Shown here one piece after another: positions 1 to 15,872 of a stretch of DNA of 64,000 bases. The position numbers and the translations under genes are program-made. Location: the NCBI RefSeq assembly GCF_009914755.1, contig NC_060925.1. The stretch is one strand, 5' to 3'. Each line of letters opens with the position of its first letter. Positions within the stretch are counted from its first letter, which is position 1. The notes below the pieces were generated by a model. It saw nothing but the letters and a program-made list of their open reading frames with translations. It did no database searches and had not been told where the DNA came from. The DNA is from the human T2T-CHM13v2.0 reference genome, Homo sapiens.

Positions 1-480
1 GAGGCACTGTCCTAGGCCTCAAGGTAGTTTTGTTTTGCTTTGATCACAAAGAAAATTCCTTTCCACATTGTTCTCATGAAGCTAATGAAAGACAGTCAAT
101 GAGGAGAGACAGGCAATAAATAAACAAATAAATATACAATGTCAGTTATGAGTGCTATGAAGACAAATAATACTAGCTAAGGGTAGGAGATAAGGAATAC
201 AAAGCAAAGGACACTCTGTCCTCAAGGGGCTCTCCGTCTAGTGGAGACATGACCAATAAACAGATAATTATCAAACAGAAATAACATCTACAAGGGGGTT
301 GTGCTCAGGTGTTTATGGGAGCAGAGAGAAGGGATGCCTAGCTCATTAAGGAAGGTGTCAAGGAAGGCTTCTGGGAGAAGCATGACCTGAATCTAGAAGG
401 ATCAGCCAGATGAAGCAATGGGGAAGGGCAACCCAAACAGCAGATGCAAAGGTACAGAAAGGACGGAGAGCACATAATGG
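1..480. mobile_element. Ancient L2 LINE fragments
   Basis: Degenerate L2 3'-end-like phrases (AGACAGGCAATAAATAAACAAATAA, GTGCTATGAAG, GGAAGGCTTCTGGGAG). Recognised from memory of the consensus; boundaries approximate. Confidence 0.5.
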
Positions 481-619
481 ATGCCACAGTGGGAGTCAAA
501 GTTTGATGGACAAACACAACCCACTGGATTCATTCCAGTTGGAAGGCTCTAGAAGGACCCCAAAGAAGTGAGATAAGAGCACACATGTAAGCACACATGT
601 GTGCATACACACACCCCTG

Positions 620-1378
<759 letters not shown>

Positions 1379-2519
1379 GTAGATTAATATACAGTCCTTT
1401 TGGAGAAGAGCTTCATTCTGTGTGCATGTGGCAAGGGGTGGTACAGAAGGAAAGGGAGGCTGATGTCAGAGGGTCTCACCTATTAAGTCTGATAAAGTCT
1501 GATAAAGATGGTGAAATAGGTAGCTTCAAGGTAACCAGAGGGTATAGAAGCAGCAACTAGACCTCCTTGGGTGGAGGAACTGAGGGGGGTGTAAGTCACA
1601 GTCTATATGGATGGGTTATATAAATTTTGTATGTTCCTAATAGTTCACTATACAACTACAAGTCATCTTTAAACATCTTTAAGACACAGAATAGCTCATC
1701 AAAAATACCAGGAATATCATCTGTTTAAAACTAGTGTACTATTCCTACAATGAATGCACATCAATCACAGGTCTTTCCCAAATATTTAATTTTGAGACAA
1801 ACTTAATATTTTGAACTCTTTATCCCTGATGTCAAACAATCATCCAGTGTTCTCCAGAAAACTCAAGCAGTTGTACCCATTAAGGTCCAAGTCTAACAGA
1901 TGTTATAGCAAAACAAATTGCTCTATCTCAAGAGATTACTACAGAAGCCCAAAAGCTCAGATTCTGTTGTTCACATATTTGAGAACTCTAATCAGTTGGT
2001 CACAGATAATACTACCAATCTTGGTCTGAAACAGGGCTTCAAATCTTTAAATCCATGAATCAGAAAAATGCTCATATTACAGTGTGTTATAGTATAAAAA
2101 TAGCTGGCTTAAGGAGCCTGTGTGTAATAAGCACTGGGCCTCCTTCTGGCAGAAATAACAATGCCTCAGGATTTCTTTTTTCCACAAGCATTTTCCGAAT
2201 ACCTACTTTGTGCCCATCATCCCAGCACAGTGTACCCATGAGCCTGTCCTTTTTCTCTGGGTGAAAAGGCCAAACCTTGGTTCATATCTGGACAATGCTG
2301 AGTAAAAAATGTAAAATAAAAGATAATGTATCATTAGACAATTTGAGATGTTATTCTTGCAGCCAATCCTGGCCCACTAAACTCTGTCTGGGCCTCCTTT
2401 CCCCCACTGCACCAGGTTTACATTGCTGGGATACTAGTCACTGAGAAAGAGCAAGACTCAAACCACATAGCCTGATGAGCAAGGGCAAGAGCAAGACTTG
2501 CTAGACACTGAGAAAGAGC

Positions 2520-2710
2520 AAGACTCAAACCACACAGCTGGCTTCAAGTTCCAGCTTTGCCGTTAATTAATGTCAGGACCTTAGCCAAGATTCACTTCTG
2601 CATCTATAAAATGGGGATAATATTTAGTGCACTCAGTTGTTAGAGGGATGAAATAAGTTAGTATATGTAAAGTGCTCAACACCGTGTCAGGTACATAGCA
2701 AGTGCTAAAG
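2520..2710 (+). mobile_element. MIR SINE
   Basis: Core CATCTATAAAATGGGGATAATA...AAAGTGCTCAACACCGTGTCAGGTACATAG. Confidence 0.75.
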
Positions 2711-2720
2711 AGAAGCGAAA

Positions 2721-3559
<839 letters not shown>

Positions 3560-3789
3560 TAAAGTGAGATCTTCACCTCTTTGCAGTTCTAGAATTTAAT
3601 GAAGTGTACAGCAGAGAGATTATGGATTTTGAGATTTCCCCTCCACTACCACCCCCAAGTCTGCATATCATATCTGGCAGAATAGCAAACATCTAAAATA
3701 GCAAAAAGTTCCCCTGCTTCTCAAGCAGCTGTACCAATAGGAAACCTTCAGCAAGGGAGCAAGTCCAAGCTCCTGGGTACTGGGCCCTT

Positions 3790-3960
3790 ACTAATAATAG
3801 CTAGACACTTCGAATTCTGACACCTCGGGCAAGGTAGATATAATTATCTTCATTTTGTAGATAAGCCCAAGTAGGAGTGGAGAGGTTAAATAACTCATTC
3901 AATGTCAAACAGCTGCAAAGTGGCAGACCTGACTCCAAAGTTCATGTCCCCTTTCCACTC
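3790..3960 (-). mobile_element. MIR SINE
   Basis: ATTATCTTCATTTTGTAGAT...AGAGGTTAAATAACT...GTCAAACAGCT core. Confidence 0.6.
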
Positions 3961-4429
3961 TATTTCCCTTTTTCCCATATAGCAAGCACTAACTGTTTGT
4001 AAATAACGACCAAGATATTTCAAGAGATCTTTAAAAGGATGGGAACAAGGCTTCTCTGGTGGAGAAAGAAGTTGGCATCACAACTGCTGACAGTTTGACG
4101 CCCCTGCCTTCTCTGCCCCCAATGACCCGCTCTAGCAATCCTGCCTCCCTCTCTAGCAACAAGACACTGTGTAGGCCTCTGTTTGCAAGTCTCCTCCCGT
4201 GGCAGCCTAGACTCTGCTCCCTCCGCTAATTGCATACTTGGGCTCCTCCACACAACATTCAAAATCCAATGACAGGTATCCCTTTTTGGAAGGCAAGTTT
4301 CCCAAACTCTGATACCAACACGAAACACCTGGGGCCGGATTACCCTCTAGTGGGGCCCCCAAATCAAGCTAAACAGAGAAGGAAGAGGAGGTGACGCAAC
4401 TAGGCCTCCTGCACCAGGCCAGACAGGCT

Positions 4430-5200
4430 GAGCGCGGCGGCCGTGAGCCCGCAGTGAGCTTTCCACAGTGGCCTCCTACGCCTTCCCTGTGGAAGGCACG
4501 CCAGGGCGGCGATGTTATCTCTGGGATAAAGGGCCGGTCCTAACGCAGTTTGTGGTAGAAGGCGCAGCAAAAGCGCCTACCGCGGCGAGTCCCAGGCAGC
4601 TCACTCTCCAGTCACTCTCCGAGGCGGGGGAGCCGGCGAGAGGGAAACAAGGGCCTTTGGTACCCAGCTGTTGGGCCTTTGGTACCCAGCTGCTGGGCTC
4701 CGGCTGGCACGAGCGCCGGAGCATCCGTGCGCAGCCTCTGCCGCCCACACTCGCGCACACACGGGCGCGCACACACGCACAAAAGTACACCGGCCCGGGC
4801 GTCCGCCTCCTGGAAGGCTGCCGAGACCGGCCACTGTGCCCCTACCAGCTGCGTCCCCACCCAGCCCTGCGGCCACCCTCAGTGCCCTGCCGGGGCGCCC
4901 CCACGCTTCCTCTAACATCAACGCCAGAGACTGGAGAGGCCGCATGGGCCGCGCGTTCCAGCCCAGGCAGGTGTAGCCGAGAAGGACAGAGGCTCTTACC
5001 GGGTCTTGCACTTCCTCGGGACACGGCCGGACACCCGGAGGCTGCCAGTGCGGCCGCGACCCTCCCCCCACCCTCCCCCACCACGTAGCCTTCTCTACCT
5101 TCAGTCGGGAATCAATGGTCTGGTCGCAGATTGGTGACATCATTGGCGCGCCGGGCGTGGGAGGAAGAACCACGTGATTCAACCTCTTTTGTTTGCGCTC
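4430..5200. promoter_or_regulatory. CpG island / promoter
   Basis: GC- and CpG-rich non-repeat DNA (NotI GCGGCCGC, GGCGCGCC). Two ATTGG boxes (5130, 5142), TGACATCA (5135-5142), GC box GGGCGTGG (5153-5160), E-box CACGTG (5171-5176). Confidence 0.85.
5000..5100 (-). other. Probable non-coding first exon of an unidentified minus-strand gene
   Basis: Strong donor CCG|GTAAGA on the minus strand at 5000/4999, ~130 bp downstream of minus-strand CCAAT boxes. No ATG in the interval. The TSS position is inferred. Confidence 0.6.
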
Positions 5201-6200
5201 TAGGAAATTAAGGTTTTTGTTGCTACGTCTTCCTTGGTTTTTTACGTTGTGTTAATGCCGCTGTTTTGGGTACAGTGGGGAGTAGGTACATGGGTTTAGG
5301 ATGCTGCATTTTTGCCCATGGCCTTGATTGAACTCCTTAGTCATTTATAACGTGGTTGGGCCGGAAGGCCTGAGAAGATACGTAGGTACAATCCTCTTTT
5401 AAAAAGACCACAGAATTAGCCAATAATACATTATAACCAGTAGTCTTTGAATGGCCCGTTTAAATTAAATTAAACGAATTCATTTTTAAAATAATATAAT
5501 GAACACCTTCTTTAACTTGACATGCTAACCAAGAACTAAAATATTATCAATTAACTTTCATCAGCTTGTAAGTGGTCCCCATCTTGTGCCACTGCCTCTC
5601 CATCAGAAGTAACTCCCATCCTGAATTTGTGTTTACACAACTATTATATTGCTTTAATTTCTTTTCACATTTATATATATTACTAAGCAATGTATTTTTA
5701 CTTTTCTTAGTTTTGTGTGTATTTCCAAACTCTCATCTAGAGGCCTGGGCCTGGTACATTTTTCTTTACTCATCTTTATTGACCGAAGTTACATTTTGTT
5801 CATTTTCACTGCTACATAAAAATCCATTATGTACCATAATTTATCCATTCTCCAGCTGCCAAGTCTTTGTGCAATTTCCAGTCTTTTGCTCTTTCCAACA
5901 GTGTTGGAAATCAGCATTGCTTTCTGGTGCCCCTGTGCAAAAATGTCTCTTGGGTGTATTTACCTAGGAATAAAATTGATAGGACTTTGGAATGCCAGTA
6001 TTCCACTTTATATGATAGTACCAAATTTTTATCCAAAGTGGTTGTACCAGTTTATACTCCTACCAGCATCCACATCTTCTCTAACACCTCAGATTTCTTG
6101 GCTTTTGCTAATGCATGGTCTCAAACTGCCCTTATTGAGGTTAAGCATCTCTTTTAAATATGTATTGTCCATCTGTAGTTTCTCTTCTGTGAAATGTCAG

Positions 6201-6748
6201 TGTAGGGCATTTGAGGGATTTTTAGGGCTGAGCAAGAAAAAATATATGACCAGGAGGTGACAGTAGCACACTCAAGCTTTATTTGTGTGAGCTTTGACAG
6301 GTTTGTATTTAGGGGAAGTCCTTGGCAGCATGAGAAGATCCAGAGATTGGGGGTGGAGAGGAACCATCCAAAAGGGGAAAAGAGAAGGAAACTTCCAGAA
6401 GGGAGTGGCCTTACCATGTCCAGGTGATGTTGTTCAGCGGCCTGTGGGAAGTCTCTGTTTCAGAAAGCTCCCAAGGGCAGCAGCAAATTGGAGTCTTCAT
6501 AAACCACAGATTTATCTTATCTATGACTAACAGATGTTGGGCACAGTTTCATGAGGTATACAAAGCAGGCAAGCAGCTCTAAATGCCTAAAAATCTGCTT
6601 AGTTGGGTTATATTTAAAATGCCTGGATGTATAAACATTTGAGTTAGGTGCTGAAAGGCTTTTGAGATAATAGATACCAGCTTGCTGTGAAGAAATAAAC
6701 AACTCAGGGACCCAGATACAGAGGCCATCTTTGGCTCTTTATATAACA
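6201..6748 (-). mobile_element. Solo LTR, probably ERVL class (MER54/73/74-like; family tentative)
   Basis: TG...CA termini with a 5-bp TSD GTCAG at 6196-6200 and 6749-6753, splitting the L1. Family and strand from recall only. Confidence 0.6.
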
Positions 6749-7876
6749 GTCAGTTTGAGTCTTTTATTATTGTTTTAGTGGATTGTTTGCTACATTATTC
6801 ACAAACTTAGGGCACTGATTCTTCATCAGTTATATGTGTTGCAAATTTATCCTTCCATATGTATCCTTTCATTTTCTATTTTGGTAGATGTTCTTAACTT
6901 TGAATTTATTAATATTTATCCTGTTTTTCTTTTCCCCTTACCCTAATATTTATTCACTTACTCTTACTCCTAAAAATCTTTAAATCCTTATTCTCTCTGG
7001 AATTTACTTTTGTATATGGTGTGAGGTAGGGATCCCATTTTACTTTTTACATACAAATGACCTTTATTTTTCCCCAGGTTTGTTTATTGACTAGCCCCAC
7101 CTTTCCCAACTTTCCCACCTTTCCCAACTTTGTTATATATCAACATTCCAGTTACTTATGGGTCTATTTCTGATCTATCTATTCTCTTCCACTGGAAAAT
7201 TTGTCTATCTTGATGTCAACACCACATTATTTAATTACCACAGCTTTATAAAAAGTATTGATATTTAGTAGTGCAAAATCTCCCTTTTATTCTTCATCCA
7301 TCTTCTTTTTTTGGGCTATGCTTGGTCTTTAGTTTTCCCATATTTTAAGGCAAGCATCTCAAGTTGCACACACAAACAAGTTGCACACACACACACGCAG
7401 CAGTAACAACAACAAAAACCTGTTGGCATTGCATTGAATAATAAATAACTAATATATAAATTTGGAGAGAATTGACATTTTATGATTCTGAGTCTTCCAT
7501 AAGCAAGGGATAACTTTCTTTTTATTAGGTCTTCATTAATGCTTTAATTTGGATTTATTATTCTCTTTGTCCAGATCTTGCACATCTTTTGGGGATTTTA
7601 TTCCTAGATTCTTTGTAGTTTTTGTTGCTATTATAAGTGATGTCCTTTAAAAATATGCTTTCTAATTTTTTGATGATCATATAGAAATAAATTTGATTTT
7701 TGTACATTGATATTGTATCCAGCCACAATGCTAAACTCTTGTTTGTAGTAATTTATTTATTGATTCTTTTGGATTTTGTATGTAAACAATCATTATCTGA
7801 AAATAATGCCAGTTTCCCCCTTTCCTACGCCCAACCCTTATTGCTTTTTATCTATCTTAAAGTGTTACACTGGTTT

Positions 7877-8220
<344 letters not shown>

Positions 8221-8818
8221 TTATTGGAAATGGTGATAGTGGGCATTCTTGATGCTCTTGATATTCGAAAGGGAAACTTAGTATTATTTTTGTATATTTT
8301 ATGATAAAACATTTAGAATGATATTTTTGTAGGCGTTTTGTAAATCTCCTTTATCAGGTTAAGGAAGGTACCTTTTATTCCTAGTTGAATAAAATTTAAA
8401 AATCTTGAATGGATTTGAATTTAATTTATTTCTACATCTATTGAAATCATCACACAATTTCTTTCTCCCTTTAATATGTTAATATGATAGATGACATTTA
8501 TAGATTTTATATTAAACTACTTATCCTTGCATTCCTAGGATAAACAACTGGACCATAAAGTCTCAATTTTATATGCTATTGTGCTCTATATATTCTATGT
8601 CTATGTTATATTCTATGTAGGATTTTTGCGTTTGTGTTTATGAAAAACATGGACTTGTGATATTCCTTTCTCATTCTGTCTTGATCTGTTTGGGTTTCAA
8701 GGCTCATAAAGTGACATAAGGAGTATTCCCTTTTTTTGTATCCTCTGGAAGAATTTTAATAAGATTGGAGTGATTTTCCTTTCAAGCATCAGTAGAATTC
8801 ACCAGTAAAACTGTCTGG

Positions 8819-8960
8819 AGCTGGGTGCAGTGGCTTACACCTATAATCTCAACTACTTGAGAGGCTCAAGCAGGAGGATCACTTGAGGCAAGGAATTCAA
8901 GACCAGACTGAGCAACAAGACTCCATCTCCAAAAAACAAAAACCAAACAAAACAGAACAG
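8819..8960 (+). mobile_element. Monomeric Alu (FLAM/AluJ-like)
   Basis: Single Alu arm followed by an A-rich tail. Confidence 0.8.
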
Positions 8961-9212
8961 AACAGCACAGCAAAACCATCTCGGCTGGGTATTTTCCTTG
9001 TGTGAAGTTTGTAAAATACGACTTTGGTTTATTTAATAGTTATGAAACTGTTCAATTATTTTCTTTCTCCTTGAGTCAGTTTAATAAAATAATAGGTTCT
9101 AGAATTTTTTCCATGTCATCTAAGGGTTTAAGCTCATTGGCATAGTTATTGATTGTATTATCTTCTTAATCTCTGCTGTATTTATAGCTCTTTTTTCATT
9201 TATAATATTACT

Positions 9213-9582
9213 TGTGGTAGACTGTGTTATTGCTCTCCAAATATTTGTTCCTTTTCTTATAAGAGGACTATACATTTCTACCTAATGCTATGTGACTTGA
9301 GGTGACTCTTGTGACAGAAGAATGCATACCCAACCAGCTGTCAATGGGCTTGATCATCGTACATGAACAGAAACTTTAAAAGATATCGTACATGTTTCTA
9401 CCAGCTTTCTTGCTCTTTTCTCTCTTCCATGAGAATGGCATGTGCGTGATTGGGGACCCCAGAATGAAGAATACATGTGGAGGAGAGCCCAGCAGAGTCA
9501 ACATATATAGCAAATAAGAAATAAACACAGAGATTTGGGATTTTGTAGTTACCAAAGCATATTATAGTGAAAACTGACTGAT
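9213..9582 (+). mobile_element. MaLR MLT1-type LTR
   Basis: TGTGGTAGACTG start and GAGATTTGGGATTTTGTAGTTACCAAAGCA...AACTGACTGATA end. Confidence 0.6.
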
Positions 9583-9985
9583 AAAAATTATTTGCCTTTA
9601 ACTTCTTATCATTTTTTCTTAGATAAATCATTGCAGAGGTTTATTTATTTTGTTGGTATTTTTCAAAGAACCAACTTTGTCCTTGTTGATTCTCCCTGTT
9701 TTCTATTTCGTTTCTATCTCTAGTTCTGCTCTTATAATTATCCCCTTCCTTCCATTTTCTTCGAGTTTATTCTGTTATTTCTTAAAGTTGTGTGTTTAGT
9801 TTATTAATTTTCAGCCATGTTTTTCTTGTCTTTAAAAACATTTAAGGCAGTAAATTTCCTTCAAAGCACTGCTTTCTGTATCCCACAAGTTTTGATATAT
9901 AACATTTTTATTATTATTCAGTTCAAAAATATTTAAATTTTTATTGTAGTTTCTTCTTTGACTCATTATTTAAAAGATATGTTCT

Positions 9986-10230
9986 TGCCAGGCATGGTGG
10001 CTCGCACCTGTAATCCCAACACTTTTGGAGGGTGAGGCTGGAGGATCATTTAAGCCCAGAAGTTTGAGACCAGCCTGGGCAAAATAGTGAGACCCCATCT
10101 CTACTAAAAAAATAAAAATAAAAAATTAGCCAGGCATGGTAGTCCTAGCTACTGGGGAGGCTGAGGTGGCAGGATCACTTGAGCCCAGGAGTTTGATGCT
10201 GCAGCCTGGGTAACAGAGACCTTGTCTCTT
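9986..10230 (+). mobile_element. AluJ-type SINE with internal deletions
   Basis: Alu arms with J-like GAGCCCAGGAGTTTG. Confidence 0.85.
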
Positions 10231-10273
10231 CTGACATATTTGCATTGTTATCATAATTTTTATTATACTTTTA

Positions 10274-10582
<309 letters not shown>

Positions 10583-11146
10583 GTTTATTATACTTTTATT
10601 TAAAATGTAGTGATATTTGCCTAATTGGTTAATTTATAATCTAATCTGAGAAATACAAGCTTGATAAGAATTTGTATTCTCTCATTGTTAGGTACAAAAT
10701 TGATATATGTCCATTATTACAAGATTGTTAGTTTTGTTGTTCAAATATCCTGTATCTTTGCTTTTTGTTTTCTGCTTGAATTACCAGTCACAGACAAAAG
10801 CATGTTGAAAAATCTCCCACAATGATGGTAGGTTTGTCAGCCTCTCCAGTTTTTATCAATTTATGCTCCCTGTACTTGGAACACATTTTGTTAGGTGCTT
10901 ATGTGTTTAGAATTGTGTTAACATTTTGGTGAATTAAATTTTATATCATGACACAGTTATCCCTTTATATCCCTACATTGCTCTTTGTCTTAAAGTCTGT
11001 TTTGTCTGATATTATCATAGACAAACCAGCTTTCTTTTAGTGAGTGTTTACTTGTAATATTTGCAATCCTTTTACTTTCAACCTTTCTAAGTTCTTTTGC
11101 TTTAGATGTATTAATGTATACAGCTGTATTAAAAAGTCCTAACTGA

Positions 11147-11764
<618 letters not shown>

Positions 11765-12603
11765 TATTATGATTCTTTATATATTTAGACTTTGATTCTT
11801 CCTTTTTTATTTCTATTTGTTCTACATTTTCTAGGTCTCTGGGCTTTTTTTTTTTTTTTTTTGGCTTTTTTTTTTTCGGGCTTTTTTATTTTTTATTTTT
11901 GATTAACTGAGTTCTTTTTGCACCTTTCCCCCTCTTCCATGTTTTCACTAAAGATTTGGAATTATACTTTATTTTTTTAGAGGTTACTTCAGAAATGTGT
12001 CATGTATTTTAATCTAACAAGGCATAAAGTTTAAATATGTTTACCATTCTCTTCTAGATAGCATAAAACATTTAGAATATTTTAATTATTTTCTTACCTT
12101 TTCTGACTTATATGGCACTGTTGTCTAATTTTTTGGTTCTTTCTTTTCTTTCTAACTCCACAAATTAGTAATTGTCATTTTATTTTACATAGGCAATGTT
12201 AGGATTTATATACAGGGAAATAAACAAAGCTAATATGAGGATGTGTTTGCAAAGTAGCTGCCACTAAATGCATCTGGGCAGCTCAATCTATGGGGCTATC
12301 CTCCAAGAAGTTGTATTAAGTGTGTCTCGGGAAACTATGCTTGAGGGAATAGTTTAAAGATATCTTCAATCCCTCAACAAACTGCTTTGGGAAAAGAAGG
12401 GAGGAATTTCTCTACTGGCTTTTGTTTTTCCTGTTATGAGGGTTAACTCTCCTGCTCTTCTGTCTCATACATATGTGTCCCCTGGTGTTTGATGACTCAG
12501 CATCAACAGAAGGGTGGAAATAAGCATGTGGTATTGGTATGGAATAAGGTCTCATCATCGTGTGCCTGCATGAAGGTGAATGCAATCCATGCAAAGTTAG
12601 TCC

Positions 12604-13158
12604 TGTGAACTCCAAATATCAGAGACAGGTCTCAGTCAATTTAGGAAGTTTATTTTGCCAAAGTTAAGGATGTGTGTCCGTGACACAGCCTGAGGAGGTC
12701 CTGACAACATGTGCCCAAGGTGGGTGGGGTACAGCTTGGTTTTATATTACATTCTATATTAAATTTTATATATGCATTCTAGGGAGACATGAGACATCAA
12801 TCAACATATGTAGGATGTACTTTGGTTTGGTCCAGAAAGGTGGGACAATTTGAAGCAGGCTTCCAGGTCATAGGTAGATAAGAGACAAATGCTTTTGAGT
12901 TTCTGATTAGCCTTTCCAAAGGAAGCAATCAGATATACATTTATCTCAGTGAGCAGAGGGATGACTAAATTCTGTCTGTCCTTTGTCCCCAAGGAATTTC
13001 CTCTTGGGCAAATTGTGAGGGAGGTGTGTAGGTTTTTTATCTTGGTAGTTATCATTTTTTAGGAATAGAATGGGAGGCAGGTTTGCCCTCAGAAGTTCCC
13101 AGCTTGACTTTCCTCTTTGGCTTAGTGATTTGGGATCCCGAGATTTATTTTCCCAACA
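12604..13158. mobile_element. MER4-family (ERV1) solo LTR
   Basis: TGTGAAC...GAGACAGGTCTCAGTCAATTTAGGAAGTTTATTTTGCCAAAGTTAAGGA...GAGATTTATTTTCCCAACA matches my recollection of MER4A. No clean TSD seen. Confidence 0.7.
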
Positions 13159-14079
13159 GCAGTGACTGGAGCTGGATTCAAATGTCCTGGAGACAGGTGA
13201 GGCCAAGAGAATCTGACGTGGGGCATATGATGAGAAATAAAGAAAGAGAATGTTCTCAAAAGAAGGAGCAGCATTTTAGAGATACAGATATGGAGAAAGC
13301 ACTATTACTTTAGTGATATGCAAGAATAGTAATTCATTTCTGATGAAGGAGTCCTATTATATGAACTCTTATAATGTATTTTCACTTCTGTGAGCCTTTT
13401 TTTGCAATCTCCAAAATTTAAGGTTAGAAACACATGAATTTGAATTCCTAACATTGGGAATAATTAGAAATAGAGGGCTAACAGGCTACTGGGAAAGCGT
13501 AAAAGAGGTTTGTACCTGTAGATGTTTTGTTTTTTTTTTTGCTTGATAGTTTGGGAGAGATAAAGAAAGCCAAGGGAAAGAAAAGGCTTTAGAATGGTCC
13601 ATCTCAGCATCGCTGCCAGGAGCAGTGCTGAATTATGTGTCACAATGTCTTGTTTTGTTCCAATGGGTTCTCAAAGTTATTACTGGCAGAATTTTACATT
13701 TGAGAAGTTTTGAGAAATACCCTGGGTACTGTTAATGGCTTCCTTTTTCAAGTTCACTGAGCTAGGCAGAATAAATAGAAATCACCCAAAGACATTGCAA
13801 ACCAGACCAAGCCTCCCATCAAGAACAGTTAGGAAAGCTGTTCAAAAATATTTTTAAAATATCTGTTTGGAAGCATTGGAGAACTACCGAGATAGAAAAG
13901 AACTTAGGGGTCAAGATTCTGGAGAAGGGGGAATTCCACAGAGGTGAGACAAACATCTGGCACCACTGAGGTGTTCCTAGTTTCAAAGTCAAACCTGAGA
14001 AAATGAGAAGCTGAGCAGAGTGTTTGGAAGTCTCTCTGGGCAGAGGAAACAATAACAGTGGTTCAGGGCTCATCAATAA

Positions 14080-14252
<173 letters not shown>

Positions 14253-14974
14253 TAAACATCCCAGACTCTCAATTGGGATTCCTAAAGGGCTATATCCTAG
14301 GAGTAAGGATGATCCAAAATTGACTAACTCTCAAAGACTGAAATTTGGTTTGAAGCAACTAATTTTAGATTTATTCTGGTGCCATGCCCCTACCTTAACC
14401 GTTCTTATAAATAAGAATAAGTCCTCTCTGGCTGAAGATAATATTGTCCAGTGCCTCAAATTATTGCTATAATTTTTCATACACAATGTCCAGCATGTAA
14501 TGAAAAATAGGCACACACAAAAAGACAAGACTACCAAAAATTCAGTTACAAGACAGACAATAGAGACCTATGGAAGATCCAGATAATGAAAAATAGGCAT
14601 GCAAAAAAAGACAAGACTGCCAAAAATTCAGTTACAAGACAGACAATAGAAAGAGACCTGTGGAAGATCCAGATATTGGAGAAATCATACACATAATTTA
14701 AGATAACTGTGATTAATGTGTTCCAGAAATTAAATTACAAGATGCAGAATTTCAGGAGAGAACTACAGACTATAAAAAAAAGAATCAATGGAAACTCTGG
14801 AACTGAAAAATTCAATAAATGAAATTAATAATTCAATAATGGGTTTAACAGTTGATTAGAAGCAGTTGAAGAGAGAATAAAAGAAATAAAAGATTAGTCA
14901 GAAGAAAATATCTAGGCTGAAATATGGTGAGACAATGAATATAAAGTACATATAAGAGCATAAGAGATGTTTGA

Positions 14975-15283
14975 GGCTGGTTCATAAGAGAGGTTTGTGG
15001 CACATGCCTGTAAATCCCAGCACTTTGGGAGGCTGAGTCAGGTGGATCACTTGAATCCAGGAGTTTGAGACCAGCCTGGGCAACATAACAAAACCCCATT
15101 TCTATAAAAAATACAAAAATCAGCCAGGCGTGGTGACACATACCTGTAGTCCCAGCTACTTGGGAGGCTGAGGTGGGAGGATCACTTGAGCCTGGGGGTG
15201 AAGTTTGCAGTGAGCTAAGATCATGCCACTGTACTCCAGCCTGAGCGACAGAGTGAGACCCTATCAAAAAAAAAAAAAAAAAA
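14975..15283 (+). mobile_element. AluJ-type SINE
   Basis: Dimer with poly-A. Confidence 0.9.
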
Positions 15284-15560
15284 GCTAGTATCTTCTACCT
15301 AGCTAGAAAAAAAAGGTGTGTGAAACAAGGTGAAAACATCTAACATGTGTAACTGGAGTTTCAGAATGAGAAGAGAGAGAATGAAGCAGAGGCTGAAGAA
15401 ATATTCAGAGAGATAACAACTAAGAATTTCCCCATACTGTCAAGAGATGTTGATCCATAGATTCAAGAAGTGCTAGTTCAACCTCGACAGGGATAAATAC
15501 AAAGGAATCTACTCCTAGGCAGATTACAGTAAAGCTGTTGAAAACAAAAGCAACAATTAG

Positions 15561-15872
<312 letters not shown>

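Noticed and set aside
5142-5160. ER-stress element (ERSE)
   Set aside because: The minus strand reads CCACG-N9-CCAAT, the reverse order of the canonical CCAAT-N9-CCACG.
4468-5182. 206-aa and 193-aa ORFs across the CpG island
   Set aside because: They result from GC-richness, are open in several frames on both strands, have no recognisable domain and cross the predicted donor.
4430-5200. Naming the host gene
   Set aside because: I do not recognise the exon sequence and no coding exon is in the window; a BLAT search is needed.
5200-5400. Divergent plus-strand first exon (TAG|GTACA motifs)
   Set aside because: The donors are weak, and bidirectional transcription cannot be supported from sequence alone.
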